64,000 nt of DNA, from NCBI GenBank assembly GCA_963777155.1, contig CAVZPM010000038.1, positions 35,615 to 99,614 of the forward strand, given 5' to 3'. Below are positions 8,895-18,413 of the stretch, in pieces. The translations under genes and the position numbers were made by a program. Numbering within the stretch: the first letter of the stretch is position 1; every line of letters starts with the position of its first letter. The DNA is from Candidatus Bathyarchaeota archaeon. GTDB taxonomy: Archaea > Thermoproteota > Bathyarchaeia > Bathyarchaeales > Bathycorpusculaceae. The notes beneath the pieces are model-generated. The model worked only from the letters and a program-made list of their open reading frames with translations, was not told where the DNA came from and ran no database searches.

Positions 8895-9047
8895 TTGAAA
8901 TTAGTAACAGTCCTATTACCAGAAGCTTACCTTGAAGGTTTAGATGAGTTAGTCCGAGCCAACATGTACCCAAGCAGAAGCAGCGTTATCAGGTCTTCGG
9001 TTCGCGACTTGCTTAAAAAAGAGCTTTGGGAAAACAAACGCAGATAA
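8895..9047 (+). CDS. Ribbon-helix-helix (CopG/Arc/MetJ) regulator, 50 aa, CdrS-like (not in ORF track)
   Basis: Manual translation from TTG: MKLVTVLLPEAYLEGLDELVRANMYPSRSSVIRSSVRDLLKKELWENKRR. GGAGGA SD upstream. Confidence 0.85.
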   Translation: MKLVTVLLPEAYLEGLDELVRANMYPSRSSVIRSSVRDLLKKELWENKRR

Positions 9048-9056
9048 AAACTGCGA

Positions 9057-9824
9057 CTATATCCCTTTTATTGAATCATAGAGCGTACGGGCGGTTAGGG
9101 CTGGGTCACCCGAGTTAGTTATTTCTCTTCCAACGATCAAGTAACTGGCACCTGCTTTAATCGCTGTTTCCGCGGCACCGCCCTGCGCTCCTACACCTGG
9201 CGCATAAATGGCAACCTTTTCACCGAGTATCTGCTTGACTTCAGAAATCTTTTGAGGAACCGTGGCTCCTACCACCACGCCATCAGCGCCCCATTTTAAA
9301 GCTTTCTGGGCAAAAGAAACATATTGTGGGATTTGTTGGTTTGTTTCTTGGTCAATTATTGTTTGCCCGTAGCCTTCGCTTGCGCCTTTGTGACTCATAT
9401 AAGTGAGAAGTATGACACCTCGATTGAGCCTTTTTGAAACATCGAAGAGCGGTTTTAAGCCTTCTTCCCAACCAACGAAAGGGTTAGCAATTATTGCATC
9501 AAATCCCGCGGCAAAATAGTATTCAGCGATTACTTGGTTAGTGTTGCCGATGTCGTTGACTTTGGCATCCATGATTGCAAGCATGCCCTCGCCACGTATT
9601 CGCTCCACAAGCTCCTGTACCCCATCAAAGGTGCCAAGAGGCAGAGTCAAATGATGATTAATCTTAACCGCACAAACGTAGGGGTGAACAGCTTTGAGTA
9701 CCCTTTGCGCCTTACCCAAGATCTTGTCTCGGTTCACAGCAGCTTCGAAGGGAAAATCCAACGCCAATACTAAGCGAGAATTCTTGCTTTTTTCTGCTTC
9801 CTGCATTTTCGTTTTAAACGACAA
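9057..9824 (-). CDS. pyrF: Orotidine-5'-phosphate decarboxylase
   Basis: LALD, AVKIN, DAKVNDIGNT (DxKxxDIxxT), PGVGAQGG and IVGR motifs. Confidence 0.95.
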   Translation of the reverse strand: MSFKTKMQEAEKSKNSRLVLALDFPFEAAVNRDKILGKAQRVLKAVHPYVCAVKINHHLTLPLGTFDGVQELVERIRGEGMLAIMDAKVNDIGNTNQVIAEYYFAAGFDAIIANPFVGWEEGLKPLFDVSKRLNRGVILLTYMSHKGASEGYGQTIIDQETNQQIPQYVSFAQKALKWGADGVVVGATVPQKISEVKQILGEKVAIYAPGVGAQGGAAETAIKAGASYLIVGREITNSGDPALTARTLYDSIKGI

Positions 9825-9972
9825 TCGGTTATGCCTCTTTATGTAATGTTTAGCGCTTAACTATTTCATTTTTTCCGTTAAAAAAGAGTTAAGCCTTTGA
9901 GGTTTATCGAGTCTTAAAATTTTCCCTTCTCAATCTGGCTATAACTAACACTAAAGAGATGGGGAAAAAGGG

Positions 9973-10662
9973 TTAGACGTTCCAGACTGTGCAGCTAATA
10001 AGTTTCCATGTGATGGCTTCGGTCTTTAAGGGGTTGTTATAGGCAGTCATGTTGTTTAAGTTAACAAGCATACCTGTTGCTTTATCAAAGTAAACGGCGG
10101 TGAAGTCGTAGCGTAATGTGCCTTGTGTTGGGTCGTTGACGTCATAGAACTCGTTTTCGATAAACCAATAGTTTCTTTGGCGAGTGCTGTCAGCATATGT
10201 TTTGGTATCTGTCGCGTTAACGGTTAATCTATCATCGGTTGGGCGTATCGGATCTCCTACTTTTAGGTTAGCTGAGTAGATAGCCCAGAATCCGTTTTCG
10301 ACACTTTCTCGACCATCTGTCAAATTAATCGTTAGCTGTCCATTCACCTCTGTCCCGTTTAGGAACCGCCATACCGTACTAAGAGAAACATTTGTGTCGC
10401 TGATCCCTGCAACTGATACTTTGTAATAATCAGTCTGGTTGTACTGCTCAAACCCAGGGCTTACTGTTGCCTCCTCACTTTGCAACGTTGAAATTCCCGT
10501 AATACTATAAGTAAAGCTGTCACCAACATGAACACCGACCGTCGCCTTCTTTAGAGGAGGCAGGGTTGCATAATATAATGCTACAAAGGCAACAACTATT
10601 ATGACAACAAGAGAGATGGTTAGGTAGAGATTCTTGTGTGAACCTTTCTTTTTGAAAGCCAT
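9973..10662 (-). CDS. Hypothetical membrane-anchored extracellular beta-rich protein
   Basis: N-terminal basic stretch plus TM helix, VGVHVGDSFTY and YFDKATGMLV motifs, and several NxS/T sequons. Resembles 60527..61192. Confidence 0.75.
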   Translation of the reverse strand: MAFKKKGSHKNLYLTISLVVIIVVAFVALYYATLPPLKKATVGVHVGDSFTYSITGISTLQSEEATVSPGFEQYNQTDYYKVSVAGISDTNVSLSTVWRFLNGTEVNGQLTINLTDGRESVENGFWAIYSANLKVGDPIRPTDDRLTVNATDTKTYADSTRQRNYWFIENEFYDVNDPTQGTLRYDFTAVYFDKATGMLVNLNNMTAYNNPLKTEAITWKLISCTVWNV

Positions 10663-10754
10663 AGCTTAACCATTGCTTAACTCAAGTATTTAGTTGTTTT
10701 CCCAAAAGTCATCTAGAGACAGCGGCATTTGCCTGAAGGTTAAATAGGTCAATT

Positions 10755-11129
10755 TTATAGAAATTTTATGTTGCTTTGACCGTCTTCCTTAGATTTGAAT
10801 GATTCTGATTCAGAAGGGGTTTTTTCCTGGGTCTGCTTTTTGTTTAAACGAATCAGAAGCTTATGGTTTTTCTTAACCAAAACTACATCGGCTTCCTCTA
10901 CATTCTCCGCCGTTACCTCTCCATTGTACTTCATTCGGTTAACATAACCCAATTCTTTTAGTTCGCTCATCAAAACCTCGCGTGACTGCCGCAAAGCTTC
11001 GCTGGAAGTCTGTGGACCTCTCTCGAAGCAAAAAGTCAAAACCTTCTTTTCAGAATCATAGCTTGCCTTAGTGCCTTTGCCGATCTTTTCTACTTTACCC
11101 CATTCTATTTTTTCAGTGGGATTAGTCAA
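10755..11129 (-). CDS. Hypothetical protein, 124 aa
   Basis: ORF starting 14 nt downstream of the eIF2-alpha stop. No family recognised. Confidence 0.6.
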   Translation of the reverse strand: MTNPTEKIEWGKVEKIGKGTKASYDSEKKVLTFCFERGPQTSSEALRQSREVLMSELKELGYVNRMKYNGEVTAENVEEADVVLVKKNHKLLIRLNKKQTQEKTPSESESFKSKEDGQSNIKFL

Positions 11130-11143
11130 GTATCTGCTACCTT

Positions 11144-11933
11144 CTATTTTTCTCGTTTGAAGCTTCCATTTCCGCCGGCTTTAGTGATGTTCTTCACTAC
11201 GTTCTCACTTACTTTGTCAAGCACTTCTTCGGCGCGTTTCCAATTGTCAGCTGAAACTTCAACGCTGTATTTTGGGGCAGCTATAACTGAAAATTCTATT
11301 TGGGCATCTTTTGCCTCTTGAGCTTTCTTGGCTCCTGTGAATGCTTGCTGGATACAGCGAACCCCGTTGGGTTTCATGCATCGAACCTCGATGACGCCTC
11401 TGACCTTTACTGTCTTAATTTTTATGCGTTCCTCAGCAACTTGAACAATAACTTTAACGAGGTCGTCAGGGATATTGAGCTTTAGTTAAGACCTCTGAGC
11501 CTTCTTTAACCACTTTTTCGAAGCCATCGTATAAACCAAATTTTTCCTCAAGAATTGCTCCGGCTTTCTGATAGACTTCATGTATTGGTAAACCTGTTTT
11601 TTCTGCAACTGCATGCAGCAATGCGTCGCCTTTACGGTCTTTTTTCCAAGATTTAATTTTCTCGATTCTTTCACGTTTGGTTACTCGTCTTAGGGATAAG
11701 TCAATGTGTCCTTTTTCAATGTCTACGCGGAGAACTTTAAGGACCATTTTCTGGTTTTCACGAACGAAATCTCGAACGTTTCGTATGCGGGCGCTGGAGA
11801 TCTCGCTGATGTGGAGAAAACCGCGTCTGCTATACTCATCTAGGTTAGCGTATGCCCCGTAATCCATCACACTTTCAATTGTGGCAATTACCAAGTCGCC
11901 GGATTCAGGCCATTCAGGTTTATGTTCAGACAT
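11144..11933 (-). CDS. eif2a: Translation initiation factor aIF2 alpha subunit (one frameshift near 11480)
   Basis: S1 domain PESGDLVIATIESVMDYGAY..GFLHISEIS..KGHIDLSLRRV. The C-terminal AAPKYSVEVSADNWKRAE is in the next frame, and removing one A from ACTAAAGCTC restores continuity. Confidence 0.93.
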
Positions 11934-12200
11934 TATCTACATCCTACTCAAGGAAGACCTATCTTTGTTTTGACTGGTTTGTATTGTATGTTAAAGATAA
12001 GTTTTTCTACCCAAAGAAACAGCTTTTGGAACACTTTAACGTTTTGATATGTTGATGCAGTGGAATTCGGATTCTCGATCTTGTGGAGGCATCACCGGCA
12101 TTTCCCACTTTTTTCTTTAGTACAATCAAGCCTTTACGTTACTACAACAATTTTGGGAGATAAGAAAAGCGACTAACTCCAAATTTCCAAGCGCAGGTTC

Positions 12201-12464
12201 TCACCATACTATCTGGTTTATTTCAAGTTGTCTACGTATAACCTGTAATGATATATCCCAGCCAGTCAGATGATAAATTAATTCTTTGAAGTCGGGTAAA
12301 TTCATATCCGTTTTTTCTTGCTCTTTGATAATGGTGTAAATTGTGGATAGAGGAAAAACTTCCAAATTAGGTAGAGAACTTCTTACTTTCTTCGCAAGAC
12401 GTACTAAATCTTCAGTTTGCATAATTTCTTTCTTTCTCCAAATAGCGTCTACTTTCTTGTTCAT
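12201..12464 (-). CDS. Hypothetical protein in accessory region
   Basis: 87-aa ORF with protein-like composition. No family recognised. Confidence 0.45.
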   Translation of the reverse strand: MNKKVDAIWRKKEIMQTEDLVRLAKKVRSSLPNLEVFPLSTIYTIIKEQEKTDMNLPDFKELIYHLTGWDISLQVIRRQLEINQIVW

Positions 12465-12777
12465 TTTAGAAAGATGCCTCGAGCCAGTTTATAGTTTTTT
12501 GAAAAATTCAGCAACCTTAATTGTCAACTTTAATCAATTTTTGCAAACTCAACTTGACAAAGCATGTTAAGTTTAGCAGATTTGCCATTTTGAGACCAGA
12601 AGAACTTTACACTAAAAATCAGAACACCACACTGCTGGAACTCTCCGAAACAACGAATCTGACAAGAAAAGGATTCGTTGTTACAAGAAATATGCGAGTT
12701 TTAATTTGGGTATAATTCGGTAAAATCTTAATCTACGTAATTAGGTATAAGCAAAGAAAAAACTATTGGTGGTAGAA

Positions 12778-12870
12778 ATGGATTTACATCAATTCATTTC
12801 CGATTTCCTAAATTCTTCGAACATACGCATCATTAAATTCGGAAGATTTGCAACAGAAGAGGAGTATTAA
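12778..12870 (+). CDS. Putative 30-aa peptide MDLHQFISDFLNSSNIRIIKFGRFATEEEY
   Basis: GGTGG SD upstream. Its TAA overlaps the ATG of the next ORF (TAATG), suggesting translational coupling. Confidence 0.35.
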   Translation: MDLHQFISDFLNSSNIRIIKFGRFATEEEY

Positions 12871-13262
12871 TGATAAAAGAAGCACTAGATAAGAGCACAT
12901 TCGGGCGACAATACCTCAATCTGGTCGGCAGAGATAGCTACATCGGAATAGAACTAACAGGGCAGGACACTGACGAACTTTACGCAGATTATTTAAAATC
13001 AGGCAAAAGTTTTGAGGATTGGGCGAGAAAACAAATGCCAGATAAAGTTTTCGCAGAGCTGAACGTGAAGATAACGAGTGTCATAAGCATCAAGGATACC
13101 GAGTATCTTGAGGATGCGTTGGCTGAAATCCTTCGCAAGATGGGACTGAAAGGCACAGTAAATAATCCTTGGGGAAATGACCTGACAATCGAGAAGGGAG
13201 AAAGATGCCAAGAAATGAACATCAACAAATACCTTCTAAAAATCGGAGGATGCAGACTCTGA
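12870..13262 (+). CDS. Hypothetical protein in accessory region
   Basis: 130-aa ORF with GAGGAG SD. No family recognised. Confidence 0.55.
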   Translation: MIKEALDKSTFGRQYLNLVGRDSYIGIELTGQDTDELYADYLKSGKSFEDWARKQMPDKVFAELNVKITSVISIKDTEYLEDALAEILRKMGLKGTVNNPWGNDLTIEKGERCQEMNINKYLLKIGGCRL

Positions 13263-13357
13263 ATACCTTAGCGATTTTGACGCCATGAGAATCTTTAGAA
13301 AACGCAAACTTTAACAAAACTATCACCCGAGCGGACCCCCATACGTTTTGCTTATAT

Positions 13358-13378
13358 TGGTGCAGGGGGATTTGAACC
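13358..13378 (-). mobile_element. Degenerate duplication of the tRNA-Leu 3' end (att-like site)
   Basis: The minus strand reads GGTTCAAATCCCCCTGCACCA versus the tRNA 3' end GGTTCGAATCCCACCCCCTGCACCA. The terminal 12 nt (plus-strand TGGTGCAGGGGG) are identical to 14209-14220. Confidence 0.65.
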
Positions 13379-13559
13379 GCCAATACGCTGACGACATCGT
13401 CAATTCCTCGTGTTCTACGCAACCATCTTCCTTTTTTTTAGACGAATAGGTTGCCAGTCTTTTTTTGCTACAAAAAGAAGATGTGTTAGAGGCAGGGGAA
13501 GAAGTGCTATTGTCTACCAACAAAACAAAAATGGAGGATACCCCTTTGAGATTCTTATT

Positions 13560-13787
13560 CTAAACTGCAGTGACCAATTTTTCCGTTTCCAGTATTTTGG
13601 TTACGAGTTCCTTCCCTATGTTCTTGGACGCATCAAGAACTTCAATGCCTATTATACGACCTCTTTTGTCAAGGTCCATAATCACATTTTCCGCTAGCTC
13701 TTCGCTTATGTCATACTTGGCTCTCCTAAGCCAAATGTACATGGCATCACTCTTCTCGCTGTATTCTACTCGCACCATAATCGTCAA
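13560..13787 (-). CDS. DUF2283-family protein, predicted antitoxin partner
   Basis: VEYSEKSDAMYIWL..SEELAENVIMDLDKRGRIIGIEVLDAS pattern. Overlaps the upstream gene by ATGA. Confidence 0.85.
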   Translation of the reverse strand: MTIMVRVEYSEKSDAMYIWLRRAKYDISEELAENVIMDLDKRGRIIGIEVLDASKNIGKELVTKILETEKLVTAV

Positions 13788-14008
13788 GGTCTCCTAGTCC
13801 AGTAAACTGTCACGACGGTTATTTTATCGTTGCTCTTATCATAAATGACTTTCAGATACTTGTCTCCTTTCTTTTTGACTGCGATCATTCTACCCGAACG
13901 AGACAGCGCAGTAAAGGAGGGCTGTGAAATCGCTTCTTCAACCTCTGTCTTCGAAATCTTCCTGAAATCCATTCTCGCCTCTGAATGCTCGGTGTAAGTT
14001 ATTCGCAT
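13784..14008 (-). CDS. DUF4258-family protein, predicted RelE-like toxin
   Basis: YTEHSEARM..RKISKTEVEEAI..P..GR..LKVIY..ITVVTVY pattern. Confidence 0.85.
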   Translation of the reverse strand: MRITYTEHSEARMDFRKISKTEVEEAISQPSFTALSRSGRMIAVKKKGDKYLKVIYDKSNDKITVVTVYWTRRP

Positions 14009-14208
14009 TATTTACCTGTTCAGTCAATTAAACGCTCTGCGAATAAAACATTTGCTGCCTAACTTCTTTTGGAAGAAGATGATTACTTTGTATGTTTCAA
14101 TAGACTTTTTGACACGGATTATTCTCTCTTACCCGTCATAGAGAAAACTTCCACCGCCGAAAATTCTTCGTTTCAAGAGAAGATCATGGGGCTTACTTTG
14201 TTTATGAG

Positions 14209-14296
14209 TGGTGCAGGGGGTGGGATTCGAACCCACGAACGCCTACGCGATAGGGTCCTAAGCCCTACTCCGTTGACCTGGCTTGGAGACCCCTGC
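14209..14296 (-). tRNA. trnL: tRNA-Leu(TAG), CCA encoded
   Basis: GCAGGGG/CCCCTGC acceptor stem, TAGGG-CTTAGGA-CCCTA anticodon arm, long variable arm, GTGGG-TTCGAAT-CCCAC T arm. Confidence 0.96.
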
Positions 14297-14667
14297 ACAC
14301 GGTTTGCGCAGTGTGAAATAGGCTAGGTTGCTTTAATATTTATTTGCCACTTCGTTTTCAGGTATTGTGTGGGTGTGGGGCTATAAAATTGCCCACTACA
14401 CTGTGGGGTTTGGAAATGGTTGCTTTCTTGGTTTGGACTGTTTTCCTCTTAGGGTTTGAGTGTGGGAAGAGAGTTTAGCCCACACAGTCACCATGGACGC
14501 TATGTTGATAGTGCGGGTGTGAGTGTGGAAGCATGTTAACGTTACGATTGTGGGGTGGGCGGTTGGAGAAGGATTGTTTTTGGAGCTCTTCTTTGTTGCA
14601 ACATGATAGTGTAACCGTAAGCTCTTTATTGCATACCGCAATCACTTTCAAGAAGAAAAAGAAAAAT

Positions 14668-14744
14668 GCCTTCGTAGCCTAGCCCGGTGGGGCGTTACCT
14701 TGGTAAGGTAATGGTCGCGGGTCCAAATCCCGCCGAAGGCTCCA
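14668..14744 (+). tRNA. trnT: tRNA-Thr(GGT), CCA encoded, atypical T-loop TCCAAAT
   Basis: GCCTTCG/CGAAGGC acceptor stem, TTACC-TTGGTAA-GGTAA anticodon arm, GCGGG-TCCAAAT-CCCGC T arm. Confidence 0.92.
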
Positions 14745-14842
14745 CAACTCGCACCGATTCTTTAAATTAAGTTGATTTGAATTCTGATTCAAGTCATCAA
14801 TTCTATGACTTGGGCGAGAATTAATTTCTTATTTTTGGCAGA

Positions 14843-15067
14843 CTAACGCTTGAAAATAATTAGGTAGTTTTTATTCTCTTCGATGGAAAACATTGTATTC
14901 TTGAGAAATAACTCAATTTGTGATCGGTCATAGTTGCCTTTAATTTTCAATTGGTACTTGTCTGGTTTTCTCTGTTCAACTATAACTAAATTAGGTTGAA
15001 CATAACCTTGGGCAACTAACTCGGTAAATAGAGCTACCGCTTCTTTCCTATTCAATTTGTTCCCCAT
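14843..15067 (-). CDS. Small hypothetical protein
   Basis: 74-aa ORF with an ATG start and protein-like composition. Confidence 0.55.
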   Translation of the reverse strand: MGNKLNRKEAVALFTELVAQGYVQPNLVIVEQRKPDKYQLKIKGNYDRSQIELFLKNTMFSIEENKNYLIIFKR

Positions 15068-15308
15068 GGTCCTTGCCTGCTTGCCACACTAATAACACTT
15101 TGGTAGGTCCAAAAAAAACCGACCCAAATTTGGTGTCAGCAGAATGTGAAGAAAAAGTTGCAAAAATCGTCTCTCACTTGCGATTAAAGTCCAAACTGCA
15201 CGCAGGGAAGATACGAAAAATACCGTAGAACATTCTCAATAATAGAGGGCTGTTTTTGGAAAAAGCTTCTTATTCGATGGTATCGAGTATTTCTCCTGAG
15301 GGGAAACC

Positions 15309-16554
15309 GTGGTTGACTTCTCGTTTGCCAAACGCGAGATTATTATTTTAGCTTTGGTGCTCTCCGTTTCCGCCTTAGTCAGGGCTCTACTATTTCCCAT
15401 GCAGGGGTTTCCCACTGACACAGGAGATTTCATCTCTTGGTTTACAACTGCCTCTCAGCACGGCATAAGACCATTCTATTCCCTAGCAGGCTTCGCCGAT
15501 TACCCTCCCTTTAACGTTTATATCTTCTGGGCGTTCGGATCACTTGCAAACGCTCTCAACCTAAACATGGCAGCAATGGTTAAAGTTGTTCCGAACCTTT
15601 TCGATTTGGCGACGGCAACACTGATTTTCTTTTTTGTTAGAAAACAGTCATCCCTTAATGTAGCCCTTGCATCTACAGCACTCTACACGTTTAACCCCGC
15701 GGTAATCTATAACACGGCGATTTGGGGGCAATTTGACGCCGTCTACACCTTCTTTCTTGTCTTGTCAGTTATGCTTGCATTAAAATCCAAACCAGTACCC
15801 TCTGCAGTAGTGTTTGCGCTTGGGCTTCTAACCAAACCACAAGGTATAGCTTTGCTCCCATTGATTATTCTGTTGATTTACAAGAAGAATGGGTTGAGAA
15901 AGTTGTTGTTTTCTGTGCTTGCGTTCGCAACCACGGTTTTTGTTGTTGTTTTACCCTTTGAAGAACATTTCAATTTCTTTTCTAACGAATATCTATTCCT
16001 CTGGCTATGCCTACTATAATTATGGTTCAGTCAACGCTTTTAACTTGTGGGGTTTGCTTGGGTTAACTTGGGTGCATGACGGTAGTCTATATGTTGTAGG
16101 TTGGGTTTTGTTTGGGGCATTCGCAGCTTTCACCTTGTATGTTGTGCATAAGCGTTTTCACGTTTCGGGGGATTATTTGGCGATTTTTGCAGCATTCATG
16201 TTGCTGTTTTGCTTTTTTATGTTGCCCACACGGATTCATGAGCGCTATATGTTTCCAGCGATAAGCATGTTAGCTCTAATGTTCCCCTTAATCAAAAAAA
16301 CACGTTTAATTTATGCCACACTGACTGCAACGCTTTTTCTCAATGAAGCTGTGGTTCTCAATTGGCTCAATAACGGTTATCCTTCTGATTTTCCTTTTGA
16401 CCCTGTGATTTTGGCTGTAAGCGCTATTAATTTATTGATGCTCGCTTATGCTTCAATACTAATGTGGCACGAGCTAAAAGGACACGTATGGCTCAAAGTC
16501 GAACCTACCCCTGCCGCACTAAACCAAACCCAATCGAGAGATGAGCCAAAATGA
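15309..16554 (+). CDS. GT-C fold lipid-phosphate-sugar-dependent mannosyltransferase-like membrane protein (frameshift near 15960)
   Basis: DYPPFNVY, WGQFDAVY, LTKPQG and PTRIHERYMFP motifs spread over ORFs 15309..16019 and 15919..16554. Multi-TM. Confidence 0.8.
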
Positions 16555-18413
16555 ACTTCGACTTAAAAATCACGAAAAAAGACATCGTAACTATGATTCT
16601 GCTATCGATCGTCTTTTTTGGCATCGCTGTTTGGAATGTGGGAGAAGTAAAAGCGCCAGTGACAAATTGGCAGAGTACCACAACGCAGTATTTCTATATT
16701 GATTTAGGTTCAGTTCAGCATGTTCAGACGGTTTATTTTTGGGTTCAAAGCGGCAACGCCTCAGTCGAGGTTTCGTTAGGTACACCAGGAAACTGGAGCC
16801 ACACCGGACAACTAACAAATGGGCTTCAACCTCGAGCTACAGACTATCAAGTCCAGCAATCTATAACTTTAGACGTTAACACACGGTATCTGGAATTCAA
16901 CGTTTCAGCCCAAAACTACGATTCGAGACCTAACTTCTACTGGTCTGTTCCTAACCCCTCTGACCAGGAACCATCACCCTTCATCGCTGTCTCGGAAATC
17001 GGTGTATCAAACCCAGCCAACGAGCAAATTCCTATTGTTGGTATAACAGGGGAAAACGGCACAGACACAACCTTGACCAAACTTGTAGATGAGCAGGGTT
17101 TGCTTCAGATTCCGCCGACATATATGTCAAAAATGTATTTTGATGAAGTTTACTTTGCCAGATCAGCAGTCGAATTTGTCAACCATCAAATACCTGAAGA
17201 GAGAACTCATCCAGATTTAGGAAAACTAATTCAGGCAGTTGGAGTGGCAGCCGTTGGGGTGACACCGTTTGGCTGGCGTATAATGGGAGTAATATTTGGC
17301 ACTTTGATTGTTGCGGTTATGTACTTGTTGGGCAAGAAGCTGTTCGGAACATGGATTGGTGGGTTCTCAGCAGCGTTCCTGATCACGTTTGACTTCATGC
17401 ATTTCACAATGGCACGTATCGGAACCGTAGACACATACCTAATATTTTTCTCGTTGCTCTCCCAATTATTCTTCCTAATCTACCTAACGAAAGTTCTCAG
17501 AGTTGGCTGGAAAAAAACTTCAATCTTGCCGTTGATGTTAGCTGTGGTTTTCTTCTCGCTAGGGTTCTCCACTAAGTTTGGGTTTCCGCTTTTTCCAGCG
17601 TTGGGTTTGCTTGTGTTACTTGCAGCAATTCGTCTACGGGAGATCCGGAAGCAAAATGGAAGTTTAGCCGACAAATACGTTGCTTTCTTTGACCATCCAT
17701 TCCTGTTGCTTATAGCCTGCATCGGTCTTGTAGCTTTAATTTACTTCGCAACCTACATCCCCGACATGCTCTTTGGCGACTCGTTCCCGTCGATTGTTAA
17801 GTTGCAGTTTGCCATGCTTAGCTTCCACGGAGGCGCCGTTGTTGATTCATCTTCCGCGCCGTGGTGGTCTTGGCCCTTAATGTTGGGTACAGGCACAGTT
17901 CCAAGATGGTTTGACATAACATATCTGCCTAACAACGTTGTTTCTACAATTTCTGTTTTCGGTAACCCCGTGGTCTGGTGGGTTGGTTTTGCATTGATGC
18001 TTGTGCTCGCTGAAAGAGCAATCCATGGTAGAGCGTTAGTAGCGAACCTTTGGAGCAGAATCTCCAAGTCATCTGTGACACAACAGGTTAGCATACGTGG
18101 AAGCGGATGGGATTTGCCAGCTATCTTCATAGTTGTGGTGTTTGCCTTTTCTTGGTTGCCTTACGTTTTCATTGGCAGAGCAACCTACATCTATCATTAC
18201 TACCTCAGCGTGCCTCTGATTTGCCTGGCAACAACATACTTTATCAACAAATATTGGAGTACTCGACTGGGTAAAGTCGCTGCAATAGCCATATTCGCGG
18301 GCGCAACGGCGATGTTTCTGCTCTTTTACCCTGTTATTTCAGGTGCTCCCGTCTCATCTTCCTTCATAAATGATTATCTCAGATGGTTCCCAAGCTGGGG
18401 GGCTTACGCGTAA
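16551..18413 (+). CDS. Dolichyl-phosphate-mannose:protein O-mannosyltransferase-like (PMT/GT39) with an extracellular beta-sandwich insertion
   Basis: Catalytic YFDEVYF, THPDLGK, PFGWR, ARIGTVDTY, WWSWPL, GNPVVWW, YIYHYY and FYPVISG motifs. Confidence 0.85.
   Translation: MNFDLKITKKDIVTMILLSIVFFGIAVWNVGEVKAPVTNWQSTTTQYFYIDLGSVQHVQTVYFWVQSGNASVEVSLGTPGNWSHTGQLTNGLQPRATDYQVQQSITLDVNTRYLEFNVSAQNYDSRPNFYWSVPNPSDQEPSPFIAVSEIGVSNPANEQIPIVGITGENGTDTTLTKLVDEQGLLQIPPTYMSKMYFDEVYFARSAVEFVNHQIPEERTHPDLGKLIQAVGVAAVGVTPFGWRIMGVIFGTLIVAVMYLLGKKLFGTWIGGFSAAFLITFDFMHFTMARIGTVDTYLIFFSLLSQLFFLIYLTKVLRVGWKKTSILPLMLAVVFFSLGFSTKFGFPLFPALGLLVLLAAIRLREIRKQNGSLADKYVAFFDHPFLLLIACIGLVALIYFATYIPDMLFGDSFPSIVKLQFAMLSFHGGAVVDSSSAPWWSWPLMLGTGTVPRWFDITYLPNNVVSTISVFGNPVVWWVGFALMLVLAERAIHGRALVANLWSRISKSSVTQQVSIRGSGWDLPAIFIVVVFAFSWLPYVFIGRATYIYHYYLSVPLICLATTYFINKYWSTRLGKVAAIAIFAGATAMFLLFYPVISGAPVSSSFINDYLRWFPSWGAYA

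Noticed and set aside
12050-12110. TGATGC...GCATCA stem as a fluoride riboswitch or C/D-box RNA
   Set aside because: It lacks the crcB-motif core and canonical RTGATGA/CTGA boxes.
11940-14208. Complete provirus or IS element at tRNA-Leu
   Set aside because: No integrase, transposase, terminal inverted repeats, replication or capsid genes are recognisable.
14345-14641. ORF 14396..14641 between the two tRNA promoters
   Set aside because: Its composition is unlike a protein, it overlaps the tRNA-Thr promoter, and no motif was recognised in any frame.
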